This document shows positions 62,914 to 64,000 of a DNA stretch of 64,000 bases, in pieces. The notes beneath the pieces were generated by a model. It was not told where the DNA came from, did not search any database, and saw only the letters and a program-made list of their open reading frames with translations. Position 1 is the first letter of the stretch, and the number at the start of each line of letters is the position of its first letter. Origin of the DNA: an uncultured Chitinophagaceae bacterium (lineage in GTDB: Bacteria > Bacteroidota > Bacteroidia > Chitinophagales > Chitinophagaceae); assembly GCA_963811285.1 (NCBI GenBank), contig CAWEQV010000014.1, forward strand, positions 92,879-156,878. The letters run 5' to 3'. Position numbers and translations under genes: made by a program.

Positions 62914-64000
62914 TTACTTATATCCAGCCACAATGGCATTATACATACGCTGATCTATTACCACATTATTAGCCCTGTCTAACATATTCCCTACCTCCCA
63001 CCAGAATGGCAGAAGACCATCCGCTTTAGCCGTTTTGGTCACAAAAGTTGCCCAGTGATCCACAGACCTATTGTGCATCAACGTATCCTTTGGAAGAGGC
63101 TTGTTGGGGTCATTCCTCCTCGCGACTGAATATTCACCCAGCACCACAGGGATACCTTTGTCAACAAAATTCTGTTTCACCGCCTGGAATTCAGCAGTGA
63201 TCGCATCCTCTTCTCCATAGGTGGCGTTGCGCTCTGGTTCAATAGTAGAATGATTCCCCGCCCCCCAGTAGTAAATCATGTTGCCCCAGCTTGCATCTCC
63301 ATCCGTTAGTATCGTAAATGCAGCAGGCGTGTAATCATGCACCTCAACTATCAACTTGTCAGGTACCGGGTCGTGAGGAAGAGTAGTCATCAAAGTAGAA
63401 GTTTTAGTAGGATCAGTGTGAGGCCCCTGAACAACCAGCACCCGGTAACTGTTCCTGCCTCCGGTAGAGCGAACTGCATTGATGAATGTTTCGTGATAAC
63501 CATTGAGTATCGACATCTGCCCGGCATTATCAGCCTTAGGTTCATTCGTGCCGGCAAATATAAGGTGCTCATCAAAATCACGCAAGGTTGTAGCAATCTG
63601 CTCCCAAATCGCCTTTTGCATTGCATTAACGGAATCTTTCTTTAACGCATTGACATTATCTTCCAGCCAGCCAAGATCCGCGTGAGCATTTATTATTACA
63701 TACATATCATTAGCCACACAATATCCAACCACTTCTTTCACCCGCGCAAGCCATACAGGGTCAATTGTTGCCTTTTTCCGATCGCTTAAATGAGTCCAAA
63801 CCCAGTTACAGGGAATCCGTACAGCATTGAAACCTAAACTTTTTACAAATTTCACCTGCGCGTCGGTAATTTTACCAGACACCCAATCACCGTCGTTTGG
63901 GGAGTCCATGGTATTGCCAAAATTTAGTCCCATTCCCGTTCCCATTTTTGCAGCCAGTTGTACGGCATTACTGGTCATTCCGGTCATGTCGGGCGCTATG
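62914..64000 (-). CDS. GH5 endoglycanase (GH5_4-like); 5' end lies beyond the window
   Basis: GLNFGNTMD, AVRIPCNW, FAGTNEP (acid/base), VEVHDY, VVLGEY (nucleophile). Confidence 0.9.
   Translation of the reverse strand, partial: IAPDMTGMTSNAVQLAAKMGTGMGLNFGNTMDSPNDGDWVSGKITDAQVKFVKSLGFNAVRIPCNWVWTHLSDRKKATIDPVWLARVKEVVGYCVANDMYVIINAHADLGWLEDNVNALKKDSVNAMQKAIWEQIATTLRDFDEHLIFAGTNEPKADNAGQMSILNGYHETFINAVRSTGGRNSYRVLVVQGPHTDPTKTSTLMTTLPHDPVPDKLIVEVHDYTPAAFTILTDGDASWGNMIYYWGAGNHSTIEPERNATYGEEDAITAEFQAVKQNFVDKGIPVVLGEYSVARRNDPNKPLPKDTLMHNRSVDHWATFVTKTAKADGLLPFWWEVGNMLDRANNVVIDQRMYNAIVAGYK

Overview
Bacteroidota chromosome segment (TAnnTTTG -7 promoters, T9SS cargo, many lipoproteins), probably Chitinophagaceae-like. 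No rRNA, tRNA or CRISPR array was seen. In order along the window: a copper-resistance cluster (CopB- and CopA-type P1B ATPases, a Met-rich lipoprotein, SHOCT and small membrane proteins, an HMA-AraC regulator); GH29 and mtaB; a general-stress/signalling region (YciF, PAS kinases, an IS30 element, AI-2E, an orphan EncFtn-like ferritin, ssb with a LexA-like S24 repressor and two CTAA-N5-TTAG boxes, a giant CheB-CheR-PAS-kinase); a YeeE/YedE pair and der; an aromatic amino-acid supra-operon led by an unannotated Phe/Tyr-rich leader-peptide attenuator; a DUF2231-TCS-lipoprotein rubrerythrin module with two identically positioned CTTAAG-N5-CTTAAG boxes; a GT4/(alpha/alpha)6/GH130 cluster; a CFA-like methyltransferase and a desaturase; a sulfite/nitrite reductase; a 1918-aa T9SS protein with 16 near-identical 210-bp repeats; and a decaying hemicellulose GH cluster (GH27, GH43, GH5, remnants). 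Many genes, including ssb and tyrA, carry single-base frameshifts, often at homopolymer runs. These are most likely assembly errors, so most split ORFs are joined here. All family calls come from motif recognition, not database searches.
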